This document shows positions 8,001 to 16,710 of a DNA stretch of 64,000 nucleotides, piece by piece (position 1 is the stretch's first letter; the number at the start of each line of letters is the position of its first letter). Source of the stretch: Patescibacteria group bacterium (lineage in GTDB: Bacteria > Patescibacteriota > Minisyncoccia > UBA6257 > 02-FULL-45-10c). The translations under genes and the position numbers were made by a program. The notes below the pieces were generated by a model. That model was not told the DNA's origin and searched no databases. It saw only the letters and a list, made by a program, of their open reading frames with translations. Where the stretch lies: assembly GCA_018969615.1 (NCBI GenBank), contig JAGWYA010000002.1, positions 3,070 through 67,069 of the forward strand, read 5' to 3'.

Positions 8001-8980
8001 TTGGCCCCATAAACTTCAAAATGCAAATTACATCCCGAAGGCCCGTCATTCTGGCCCGTATCTCCCGTCAGCGCGATCTCCTTTCCTTTCGCCACATAAT
8101 CACCGACCGACACTAAGTTCTTTGAGGTATGCGCATACCGGGTCTTGGTGCCGTTCGGATGGTCGATCAAAATATAATTCCCGTATCCTCCGTTCCATCC
8201 CGAACCAACCACTTCAACGACCAATCCTTCGGCGGCCGCATACACCGGCGTACCGCATGCGTTCGTGATATCAACGGCATTATAGGAATACAACCGCCCG
8301 CCGTTCCAACCCGTCGTCGGGATCGAGAAATATCCAGGCAGGCTCGGCAGGCCGGAAAGCGACGCATAGTTCGTCGATCGCACCGGCCGCCCTCCCGGGA
8401 TGATCAGCGATGACGCGGTCGCGATCTGCGAAGGCACGAAGCCGGGGTTCGCATGAAGGATGCTTTGCACGGAAACATCGTACAGAGCGGCAATGCTGTC
8501 CAGTGTTTCACCGTCCTGTATCTGATGAAGCACGCCGTTCACCGGCAAGATCGTCAACTGCTGTCCCGGACGCAGCACTGACCAGTTAACACCCGTGTTC
8601 GCCCAGATCAATGTGTTCAATGAAATACCGAAGTTCGCCGCAATGATCGATGCCGAGTCGCCGGACTGGACCGTATAAAGCAATACGCCGCCGCGCGTCG
8701 GCACGACGTTGCTCAGCGGATTATCGCTGTTCAACAGCGCCGCACCGCCGACCACGTTCATCGGCGCATCAGTATTGACCGCGATCGCCGCCTCGCTGTC
8801 GATCGGACTTCCCGAATAGAGCGCCGCAGTGTCAGCGCTCAATGCGGCATCAACGGACAGCGGCTGCCCCGAAAGATAGAGCTGCGCCTTCAACGCCTGG
8901 TACCCGCCCGGCGCCGCAAAGATATATTGAGAGACCACAAAGTTCCCGATCGCCATGACCGCAATGAACACGACCGTCAT
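7982..8980 (-). CDS. LysM-domain / M23 family metallopeptidase (cell-wall endopeptidase), membrane-anchored
   Basis: N-terminal TM (MTVVFIAVMAIGNFVV); two LysM-like repeats (YTVQSGDSASIIAANFGISLNTLIWAN; HQIQDGETLDSIAALYDVSVQSILHAN); M23 motifs GGYGNYILIDH and HLHFEV. The ORF track extends to 9289, but that 5' extension overlaps uvrD; the start is placed at ATG 8980 (alternative 8956). Confidence 0.75.
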   Translation of the reverse strand: MTVVFIAVMAIGNFVVSQYIFAAPGGYQALKAQLYLSGQPLSVDAALSADTAALYSGSPIDSEAAIAVNTDAPMNVVGGAALLNSDNPLSNVVPTRGGVLLYTVQSGDSASIIAANFGISLNTLIWANTGVNWSVLRPGQQLTILPVNGVLHQIQDGETLDSIAALYDVSVQSILHANPGFVPSQIATASSLIIPGGRPVRSTNYASLSGLPSLPGYFSIPTTGWNGGRLYSYNAVDITNACGTPVYAAAEGLVVEVVGSGWNGGYGNYILIDHPNGTKTRYAHTSKNLVSVGDYVAKGKEIALTGDTGQNDGPSGCNLHFEVYGAKNPFAK

Positions 8981-9098
8981 CGCGGTCGTCCAATCTTTCA
9001 AAAAAGACGCGAGCGTCCTTGCTTTATGGAGTTGTTGACGTAAGATATCAATAATATCGATAGCGTAGCATGTGCCCCGTGCCCGCTCAATACCACCT

Positions 9099-10955
9099 AT
9101 GCCACAGCGCTCCCATCCTTCACCGCTCAATACAACCCAGGAACAAGCGGTCCGCCATTCCGGAGGACCGCTTTTGATCGCCGCCGGCGCCGGATCGGGA
9201 AAAACGAAAACGCTTACGAGCCGGCTTTTGCATCTTTTGGAGACCGGCGTCGCTCCGCAGGCGATCATTGCGATCACGTTCACCAACAAAGCCGCGAAAG
9301 AAATGAGGTCGAGAATAACGAATAATGAATTAGGAATAACGAACGGGGCGACTGATGAAAAAAAGAGCGGCGTAATTCATAATTCGAAATTCATACTTCC
9401 ATTTATAGGAACGTTCCACGCGCTCGGCGTCCGCATCCTGAAAGAAGAAGCGCACTGGGTGGGACGCACATCACACTTCACGATCTTCGACGACGAGGAT
9501 AGCGCGAGCCTGATCAAATCGATCCTGAAAGAACTGCAGCTCTCCAAGGACCGCTTCAGTCCGTACGCCGTCATCGGCCAGATCTCACGGATCAAGAATG
9601 AATTGATCAATGTCGATGAGTACGCGGACGAAGGCCGCTATGAACACACGATCGCGACCGTCTACCGGAAATATAATGAAACACTCCTGCACAGCAACGC
9701 GTTCGATTTTGACGATCTCATCGAGAAGGTCGTCCGCATCTTCCTTGAGCATCCCGAAGTGCTCGCCAAATACCGCGCCCGCTGGCAGTATGTTCTCGTC
9801 GATGAGTTCCAGGACGTGAACACGAACCAGTACCTGTTCGTAAAACTGCTCGCCCAGGAGCACAAGAACATCTTCGTGATCGGCGACGACGCGCAAAGCA
9901 TCTATGCGTTCCGCGGTTCCGATTTCCGGAACTTCCTCAATTTCGAAAAGGACTGGCCGGATGCGAAGGTGATCCTGCTGACCGAGAACTACCGTTCCAC
10001 GAAAAATATCATCAACGCCGCCTCGGCGCTCATCAAACATAATTCGTTCCAAAAGCCGAAGGATCTCTGGACCAGCAACCCGGAAGGGGAGCTGATCAAC
10101 GTTATGGCGTTCCAGAACGCCGAGGAGGAAGCGGTCTCGGTCGCCCAGCGGGTCCGCGAAGCGCTCGGCGGCGGCGAATCTCCGAAAGAGATCGCGGTCC
10201 TGTACCGTACGAACGCGCAATCCCGCGCGCTCGAGCAATCGCTCATCAGGAACAACATTCCGTACGAGATCTACGGCGGGCTGAAGTTCTATGCCCGCAA
10301 GGAGATCAAGGACATTGTCTCCGCGATCCGGTACGCGTTCAATCCGAAGGACCGCTCCGCGATCGACCGCATCACGAAAACGTTCAATAAAGGCCCGCGC
10401 ATCGCGCTTCTGGAAGCGCTTCCGCGTCTTGCCGAAGAAAGGCTGTCGCTCGTTGAACTGATCCAATATTTCCTTGAAGAGACCCGCTACACCGAATTCC
10501 TCGCCCTTCATTTCAAAAATCCCGATGAACGCCTTGAGAACATCAAAGAACTGATCCAATTTGCCGCGAGCTTCAACGATCCGCATGATTTCATCGAGCA
10601 GGTGACGCTGTTATCCTCGCTCGACGGCCGGCCGAAACTGCAGGAGAACGCGGTGAAACTGATGACGATCCATCTGTCCAAGGGCCTTGAGTTCGACCGC
10701 GTCTTCATCGTCGGCGCGAACGAAGGACTGCTTCCGCATGAACGCTCAATGATAAAGAACGATGACCTCGAAGAAGAGCGGCGCCTGATGTATGTCGCCA
10801 TAACCCGCGCCCGGAAACATCTCACGATCAGCTTTTATGATCTGCCGTCGCGGTTCCTCGGCGAACTGCCGCCGGAACTCATCGCATTCACGAAAGTCAG
10901 CAGTTACGGCGCCGAAACCCGCGACTGGGATGATGAAACGATATACTTAGAATAA
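9099..10955 (+). CDS. uvrD: UvrD/PcrA-type superfamily-1 DNA helicase carrying an in-frame AT-rich insertion between motifs Ia and Ib
   Basis: N-terminus PLNTTQEQAV...LIAAGAGSGKTKTLTSR (Walker A); motifs TFTNKAAKEM, GTFHALGVRIL, VLVDEFQDVN, VIGDDAQSIYAFRG, YRS, VTLLSSLDGRPK...LMTIHLSKGLEFDRVFIVG. The ORF track starts at GTG 9072; ATG 9099 matches the canonical N-terminus. Confidence 0.85.
   Translation: MPQRSHPSPLNTTQEQAVRHSGGPLLIAAGAGSGKTKTLTSRLLHLLETGVAPQAIIAITFTNKAAKEMRSRITNNELGITNGATDEKKSGVIHNSKFILPFIGTFHALGVRILKEEAHWVGRTSHFTIFDDEDSASLIKSILKELQLSKDRFSPYAVIGQISRIKNELINVDEYADEGRYEHTIATVYRKYNETLLHSNAFDFDDLIEKVVRIFLEHPEVLAKYRARWQYVLVDEFQDVNTNQYLFVKLLAQEHKNIFVIGDDAQSIYAFRGSDFRNFLNFEKDWPDAKVILLTENYRSTKNIINAASALIKHNSFQKPKDLWTSNPEGELINVMAFQNAEEEAVSVAQRVREALGGGESPKEIAVLYRTNAQSRALEQSLIRNNIPYEIYGGLKFYARKEIKDIVSAIRYAFNPKDRSAIDRITKTFNKGPRIALLEALPRLAEERLSLVELIQYFLEETRYTEFLALHFKNPDERLENIKELIQFAASFNDPHDFIEQVTLLSSLDGRPKLQENAVKLMTIHLSKGLEFDRVFIVGANEGLLPHERSMIKNDDLEEERRLMYVAITRARKHLTISFYDLPSRFLGELPPELIAFTKVSSYGAETRDWDDETIYLE
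9311..9396 (+). mobile_element. Roughly 87-nt AT-rich MITE-like insertion inside uvrD, in frame (encodes about TNNELGITNGATDEKKSGVIHNSKFILPF); the ends are homologous to the ends of the 10946-11365 cassette
   Basis: Left end gagaataacgaataatgaattaggaataacgaac matches ttagaataaggaagtatgaataaggaatcaggg at 10946. Right end ggcgtaattcataattcgaaattcatac matches ggccgtaattcctaattcgaaattcatg at 11331 (15-nt exact core taattcgaaattcat). Left and right ends are imperfect inverted repeats of each other (acgaataatgaattagg vs reverse complement tcgaattatgaattacg). Confidence 0.5.
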
Positions 10956-11365
10956 GGAAGTATGAATAAGGAATCAGGGAAAATAAGAAACTTTCAGGAC
11001 CTCGATGCATGGAGAGAAGGGCATCTCTTGGTTTTAGAGACCTATAAGGTCACAAAAAAATTCCCCAGGGAAGAAATTTTTGGATTGATAAGTCAGATGC
11101 GGCGGTGCGCGGTATCAATTACTTCTAATATTGCTGAAGGATTCAGTAGGCAGTCCTACAAAGAAAAGTTGCAATTTTATTCAATATCGCAAGGATCGGT
11201 CACTGAACTCCAAAATCAACTGCTTATATCAAAAGATGTGGGCTATATGGACGAAAGTGAATTTCAAAAAATTTCCGAACAGTCGATAAAAGTACATAAG
11301 ATCATAAACGGCCTGATCAGGCATTCTAAGGCCGTAATTCCTAATTCCTAATTCGAAATTCATGA
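10946..11365 (+). mobile_element. About 420-bp AT-rich cassette with imperfect terminal inverted repeats (gaat[a/t]aggaa-type) carrying a four-helix-bundle protein gene; it exactly fills the uvrD-rsmA intergenic space
   Basis: Base composition is visibly lower in GC than both neighbours. The left end contains the uvrD stop codon and the right end abuts the rsmA ATG. Homologous miniature copies lie at 9311-9396 and 37253-37340. Confidence 0.5.
10962..11351 (+). CDS. Four-helix-bundle protein (23S rRNA intervening-sequence protein family / Avd-like, PF05635/TIGR02436-like)
   Basis: 129 aa. SD aaggaag then ATG. Sequence (FQDLDAWREGHLLVLETYKVTKKFPREEIFGLISQMRRCAVSITSNIAEGFSRQSYKEKLQFYSISQGSVTELQNQLLIS) matches the conserved core of this family as I recall it. 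The gene is AT-rich relative to the genome. Confidence 0.7.
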   Translation: MNKESGKIRNFQDLDAWREGHLLVLETYKVTKKFPREEIFGLISQMRRCAVSITSNIAEGFSRQSYKEKLQFYSISQGSVTELQNQLLISKDVGYMDESEFQKISEQSIKVHKIINGLIRHSKAVIPNS

Positions 11366-12183
11366 GCCAATACCTGGGGCAACATTTTCTGAAAAATAAA
11401 ACCGCCGCGCGCAAGATCGTGAACGCGCTTGCCATCAAACCGGGCGATACCGTGATCGAGATCGGCCCGGGCAAAGGAGCGCTGACTGGCGATCTTCATC
11501 GCGCCGTGACGAATGCCAAAGGAAAACTTATCCTTGTCGAGATCGACCGGGATATCGCCGTCACACTTCATGAAAAATATTCATCGGATCCGGTCGTGAA
11601 GATCGTGAACGCCGATGCGCTGACCGCACTGCCTGAGGTCATTGCCGGGCTCGAAGATCGGCCCTACGCCATTATCGGCAATATTCCGTATTACATCACC
11701 GGGAAGCTCCTGCGCACCATCGGCGATCTCCCGCATCTTCCGCAACGCACGGTTCTCATGATCCAAAAAGAAGTTGCGGAACGAGTCTCTGCGCGGCCGC
11801 CTCGCATGAATCTGCTTGCCGCCGCCGTACAGCTGTGGGCTGAACCGAAACTGCTCTTCACGCTCTCTCCGGAGGATTTCGATCCGCCGCCGCAGGTCAA
11901 TTCCGCGGTCATCAGTCTTGGAAACCGCCCGGCGCAAGCCGATGAGCACGATCGTGATGCGTATTACCGCCTGCTCCATATCATCTTCAAGCAGCCGCGG
12001 AAAACCCTTCTCAATAACCTCGCCGAAGGGGCTTCCCAGACAAAATCAGAACTTGAAGAGCTCATCGCACCCCTCGGATACGACCAGAAAACACGCCCCC
12101 AGGAGCTTTCCGTCGACCGGATCAGAACTTTGGCATCACTGTTTAAAGAAAAGGGTATTGAGATCCCCTCTCTCCGTTCATAA
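11362..12183 (+). CDS. rsmA: 16S rRNA (adenine1518/1519-N6)-dimethyltransferase
   Basis: 273 aa; LGQHFL start, SAM-binding VIEIGPGKGALT, conserved NIPY motif (IGNIPYYIT). Confidence 0.9.
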   Translation: MSQYLGQHFLKNKTAARKIVNALAIKPGDTVIEIGPGKGALTGDLHRAVTNAKGKLILVEIDRDIAVTLHEKYSSDPVVKIVNADALTALPEVIAGLEDRPYAIIGNIPYYITGKLLRTIGDLPHLPQRTVLMIQKEVAERVSARPPRMNLLAAAVQLWAEPKLLFTLSPEDFDPPPQVNSAVISLGNRPAQADEHDRDAYYRLLHIIFKQPRKTLLNNLAEGASQTKSELEELIAPLGYDQKTRPQELSVDRIRTLASLFKEKGIEIPSLRS

Positions 12184-12250
12184 CCGCTCCCGAACAGCCA
12201 CTTATACACCCTTATTCTATTGTTCTTCACGAAGAAAAGGAGATATAATA

Positions 12251-13084
12251 GTGACAGATGTCGATCTGTGTCAAATCAGCCTTTTTGAGACGCTGATCAC
12301 GTCAATGACAATGGGGAAGGCACTGCTTGCAACAACTATTGTAGGGATCGCCCTCGTCGGCGCAGTCTTTTTGATACAAAAAAACAACGTCCCTACGCCG
12401 GCATCCGATGCGGCACAAACATCAGGAGCGAATAACATCGCCTCTTCTCAACCGTTCGTCGAAAAAGCACCGATCGACCAGCTTGCGGCGCTCACCCCGG
12501 GCACAAACCTGACCCAAGAATTCGGTGACGTTCTTGCGCAAGAGATCAGCAATGGAAATCCGGGTGGGCCTACAAACCTTAATGGACAAAATTCGATCGG
12601 CGTGCCAAACGCAGATACCTTTGCACAAAACCTTATCAGTCAGGCGGTTACAAAGTTCGATCCCTCAAAACTTTCCCCGGTCGTTAATGATTCCGATCTG
12701 CATATTATCCAAGATAACAGCAAGGCTGCGGTTATGAATTATGTCAGCCAACTTCATGCGATTGTCGTCGATGAAGCGCATGCGATTCCTTCTGGAGTTG
12801 TTTCAGATAATCCGACCATTGATCAGGTCACAACGCTCGTGCCGATCTATAAGGATATGCTCACCAAAGTCTTTGCCCTTTCCGTACCAAGTGTCGCTAT
12901 CGACATCCAAAAAAAAGAATTGGAATTGCTTATGAAAAAGGCGTATATTCTTTCGGCGATCGCAAACTATAAGAACGATCCGGTTACCACTATTCTCGTT
13001 TCCCAAGAGCTGGTCACTGTCGATCAAGAATTCAGCGATCTTTCAAATTCCGTAAAGGCGCTTATTCAAAAATATTCAGCATAA
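12251..13084 (+). CDS. Hypothetical membrane-anchored protein (first gene of the T4SS-like cluster)
   Basis: GTG 12251 with SD aaaggag at 12236-12242 (ORF track 11816..13084; the upstream part overlaps rsmA). N-terminal TM (ALLATTIVGIALVGAVFLI), Asn/Gln-rich extracellular region. Confidence 0.5.
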   Translation: MTDVDLCQISLFETLITSMTMGKALLATTIVGIALVGAVFLIQKNNVPTPASDAAQTSGANNIASSQPFVEKAPIDQLAALTPGTNLTQEFGDVLAQEISNGNPGGPTNLNGQNSIGVPNADTFAQNLISQAVTKFDPSKLSPVVNDSDLHIIQDNSKAAVMNYVSQLHAIVVDEAHAIPSGVVSDNPTIDQVTTLVPIYKDMLTKVFALSVPSVAIDIQKKELELLMKKAYILSAIANYKNDPVTTILVSQELVTVDQEFSDLSNSVKALIQKYSA

Positions 13085-13087
13085 AAC

Positions 13088-14665
13088 ATGCGCTATAAGA
13101 ATATACAAAAGATTATTGCGGGAATCCTTATAGGAACACTATTCTTCCCTCAATTAAGCGCTCTTCAGGCGCCGGCACCAAAAGCTCACGCTGTCTTGGG
13201 CGTAGGCGATATTACATTTACTGATGTGATCATGGACCCGACCACGCTTCTCTATTATTCAGATATGGTGACGGCCACTGATCTCAACTCCAGCGCAAAT
13301 ACAGCTTCATGGGCAACAAAAATATTAGAACTTGCAAAACAGGTCGCCTATGCCGCTTTCAAAGCCGCGATCCTCGATCAACTCGTGCAGGCGCTTATTA
13401 ATTGGATAAACAATGACGGCAAAGGACCGATCATCGCCGATTGGAATCAATTCTTCTATAATGCCGAAAATAACGCTGCGGGCGCGTTCATTGACGGACT
13501 TTCCGGAGGTGTCCTTTGTTCGCCATTCAACCTCCAGGTCCAACTTTCACTTGCGCCGGTACAGAATTTTAGCGATGTCACCTGTACGCTTAATCAAGTG
13601 ATCGGCAATATTGATAGCTTTATAAGCGACTTCCGCAATGGAAGCTGGCTTGCCTATCAGCAGATCTGGGACCCTCAAAATAACTTCTATGGTGCGGCCA
13701 TGATCGCCCAAGATGATCTGTTGAAACAAGAGTATAGCGCCGTCAATACATCACAAACCGAAGGAATAGCCGGACAAGGGTTCCTGTCCTTTACAAAATG
13801 CGATTATACGCCAGATCCTAACGGATCATATGTGCAAGTAGGAGGAAATTACATTCTTGCAAGTACTAATAATGCCAGCTCTCGATATTCAAAATCATGT
13901 CACGTTACCACGCCAGCTCAGGTCGCCGTTGAAGCGACAAAACAAGCACTGGTTGATGTCGGGATCGGGAATATTATAAACTCGCAGGATCTTTCCGCAT
14001 ATCTTACGGCGATCTTCAATGCGGCGATCAATCGATTGAAAGTAGCGGCAGCGAACGGTTTAGTTGGCCTTCTTTCGGACGCAACGCAAGGGGTGCATGT
14101 CAATCCGGTCTTCCCCTGTGCCGGAATTACCGGGCAGGCGTTTACCGCATGCATGCAATCGGTCAACTCTGAAAAGAATCTGGCGACAAGCTATCAGGAT
14201 CAGAGCAACACACTGGTTACCAGCGTGCTTGATGTTCGCCAGCAGATCAATGATACGCTTACCCAGGCGATCGCCCTCGAATCGCCGTATGTCGATGCGC
14301 TTACTCAGCTTTCAGCATGCCAGGCAAGCGCTACCGCAACACTCGCGACCGAACAGGGAATTCTCAATTCGCTCCAAGATTCACTGTCAACAAACCAAAC
14401 TTATCTTGATACCCTCAACGGTCTTTCAACGCCGATCGTCACTGCAACCAGTTCAAGCGTAACCGCGGATGATCTGGCAAAGATAAGCGCCATAGCCTCA
14501 GCTGCGACCGCAGCCGCAAATAATATCGGCGACGCTAACGCCGCTCTTCAAGATGCGAAAAACCAGCTCCAAACGATCCAAGCGAACGTCTCGGCGAATC
14601 TCCCGGGGATCCAAGCCCAGCTTCTCTCCTGCCCGGTCATAAGCGCAACAAGTACAACGCCTTAA
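13088..14665 (+). CDS. Large secreted hypothetical protein (signal peptide; Ala/Asn/Gln/Thr-rich)
   Basis: 525 aa; signal peptide MRYKNIQKIIAGILIGTLFFPQLSALQAPAPKAHA; no catalytic motif recognised. Confidence 0.5.
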   Translation: MRYKNIQKIIAGILIGTLFFPQLSALQAPAPKAHAVLGVGDITFTDVIMDPTTLLYYSDMVTATDLNSSANTASWATKILELAKQVAYAAFKAAILDQLVQALINWINNDGKGPIIADWNQFFYNAENNAAGAFIDGLSGGVLCSPFNLQVQLSLAPVQNFSDVTCTLNQVIGNIDSFISDFRNGSWLAYQQIWDPQNNFYGAAMIAQDDLLKQEYSAVNTSQTEGIAGQGFLSFTKCDYTPDPNGSYVQVGGNYILASTNNASSRYSKSCHVTTPAQVAVEATKQALVDVGIGNIINSQDLSAYLTAIFNAAINRLKVAAANGLVGLLSDATQGVHVNPVFPCAGITGQAFTACMQSVNSEKNLATSYQDQSNTLVTSVLDVRQQINDTLTQAIALESPYVDALTQLSACQASATATLATEQGILNSLQDSLSTNQTYLDTLNGLSTPIVTATSSSVTADDLAKISAIASAATAAANNIGDANAALQDAKNQLQTIQANVSANLPGIQAQLLSCPVISATSTTP

Positions 14666-14682
14666 AAGACTAACTTCAACCC

Positions 14683-16707
14683 ATGAATCGCGATCGATCC
14701 TCAAAATATCTTCTTCTCCTTACCGGCGCGCTATTCGTTGGATTAACGCCGTATGCACATGCTGCGAGCGTGGCAACGGCCGTTGGAACCCTGATCGGTG
14801 GAGTTACGTTGGGCGCTGTCCTGCTTCCGATGTCTCTTACGGCGTATCTTTTCGGATACATCGCAAGCTGGTTCGTTACGATCGGCGGCACGCTGACCAA
14901 TTGGTCGCTTGATCTTAACAGCCAGTTATTAAATAGTCCGATCGTTCAAACTGGATGGGTCGCATCCCGCGATCTTGCCAACCTTGGTTTTGTCCTTGCG
15001 ATCATTCTAATTGCTTTCGTTACGATCGTGCGCTATGAATCCTATGATTCAAAGAAAATGCTGGTCCGCCTTATCAGCGCAGCTCTTCTCGTTAATTTCA
15101 GCCTCGTCATTGCTGGCGTCTTCATTGATTTCACCGGTATTACCACAAATTTCTTCCTCAGTAATGCAACAAGTGGAGACCTCACGTCCGTGGGACAAGA
15201 ACTTACCAGCGCCTTTAGAGCACAAACGCTTTTTCAGCAAAACAACAGTGAATCGACGATCCAAAACTATGTGCAGGGCTTGTCGAACGATGTAAATAAA
15301 AAGATTGTCTTCCTTGCAACGGAAACATTCGTCGGCGTCTTTACCAGCCTGACCGCGATCTCTCTTCTTACGATAGCGGCAATGCTTTATATTCGCTATA
15401 TTGCGCTTACGATCCTGCTGATCCTTGCACCGCTTGCGTGGCTGATGTGGATCTGGCCTGATCTTGAGCGGTATTGGCATGAATGGTGGAGCTCATTCAT
15501 GAAATGGGCGTTCTTCGCTCCGGCGGTTTCATTCTTTATCTATCTTGCGATCAAGATAGCAACTGATTATGCCTCTAAAACTCCAAGCGCTATTGCAATT
15601 CCGGTCACAGGAACTGACTCGCTTGTTAACCTTGTTCAAAACTTCGGTTCGATCTTTGGACAAATGCTTGCGGTTCTCGGGATCCTCTATGGCGGACTTT
15701 ATGCCGCGAACCGGATGGGTATCGCCGGAGCCGGATTCGGTATCGCTATGGCAGGGAAAGTAAAGGGATATGTGACCGGAGCGCCTGCAGTTGCCGGGGG
15801 ATATGTCATGGGTGGTCATGGAGTCGGCGGATTAATGAATCGCGCAAGCACCGCAGTGACCGGAAAAACAGTCACTGAAAATCTGAGAGGGGTCACTGGA
15901 AATAGGCTCTTGCAAAGCATCCCGGTCGTTCGAACTGCGATGCAAGAAGCGAACAAGAACCTTGGCGCATTCGATGAGAAACGCATTGATGATCTTATGA
16001 AGCATTACAATTCCCTTGATCGAGAGACTCGGGCAAATTCCGGCGTAGGTGGTTTTGCCGATCCGGTTGAGCGCGCTGCATGGATGGCATCGATGGCGAA
16101 GAATAATCAGTTAAAAGATGCTAAGACGAAACTTGGTGAATCTCGTTATGACAGCATTGCGCAAGAGACTCTAAAAGTGGGCGGGCGGACTATTTCAAAA
16201 GAACTCCTTTCGCGCGATCCAGAACTTGCGCGCTTCAAGGTTGATCCTGGAGCGAGCGAGTGGAAAGGAAAGAGTTCTTCAGAAATTCGCGCTGCTCAAA
16301 AGCTTGAAGTGGCAAAGGCCTATAAAGATATTGCACAGGAAGCGGTTGAAAATATTTCTGCAGCTCAATTCGTAGAAAATCCGGAAAACCTTGCCCAGAT
16401 CCGCACTTCTTTCCTCGTTGCGTTCGGCGAGAAGCGAAGTCATGAAGATAAGGAGCTTATGATGTCCAAGTTAGGCGATCAGATCAAAAACCTTCAATCG
16501 AATGTTACAACTTTGTCGAGCGAACAGCGCGGTCTCTTAAACAATCTTTCGGCAAAATTAAACTTTATGGCAAAGAGCCCCTCATGGACTCCGTATGTAA
16601 CCCAGGATCTTTTACCGTTCCTTAAAAAAGGAGTTCGCAGAACGCTCGAGGGGATCGTAGAAGAGGAGGAAGAGACAAAAAATACTAAAGAAAATACTGA
16701 GAAATAG
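14683..16707 (+). CDS. Polytopic membrane protein, VirB6/TrbL-like (T4SS inner-membrane component) candidate
   Basis: 674 aa; signal peptide followed by at least six hydrophobic helices and a long hydrophilic C-terminal tail; located just upstream of PrgI-like and VirB4 genes, as in Gram-positive T4SS loci. Confidence 0.4.
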   Translation: MNRDRSSKYLLLLTGALFVGLTPYAHAASVATAVGTLIGGVTLGAVLLPMSLTAYLFGYIASWFVTIGGTLTNWSLDLNSQLLNSPIVQTGWVASRDLANLGFVLAIILIAFVTIVRYESYDSKKMLVRLISAALLVNFSLVIAGVFIDFTGITTNFFLSNATSGDLTSVGQELTSAFRAQTLFQQNNSESTIQNYVQGLSNDVNKKIVFLATETFVGVFTSLTAISLLTIAAMLYIRYIALTILLILAPLAWLMWIWPDLERYWHEWWSSFMKWAFFAPAVSFFIYLAIKIATDYASKTPSAIAIPVTGTDSLVNLVQNFGSIFGQMLAVLGILYGGLYAANRMGIAGAGFGIAMAGKVKGYVTGAPAVAGGYVMGGHGVGGLMNRASTAVTGKTVTENLRGVTGNRLLQSIPVVRTAMQEANKNLGAFDEKRIDDLMKHYNSLDRETRANSGVGGFADPVERAAWMASMAKNNQLKDAKTKLGESRYDSIAQETLKVGGRTISKELLSRDPELARFKVDPGASEWKGKSSSEIRAAQKLEVAKAYKDIAQEAVENISAAQFVENPENLAQIRTSFLVAFGEKRSHEDKELMMSKLGDQIKNLQSNVTTLSSEQRGLLNNLSAKLNFMAKSPSWTPYVTQDLLPFLKKGVRRTLEGIVEEEEETKNTKENTEK

Positions 16708-16710
16708 CAT

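Noticed and set aside
9585-10586. 333-aa minus-strand ORF inside uvrD
   Set aside because: It is antisense to a helicase gene with all SF1 motifs in order, so it is spurious.
10962-11351. Diversity-generating retroelement suggested by the Avd-like four-helix-bundle gene
   Set aside because: No reverse transcriptase ORF (no YxDD-containing RT-like protein) and no TR/VR near-repeat pair were found anywhere in the window.
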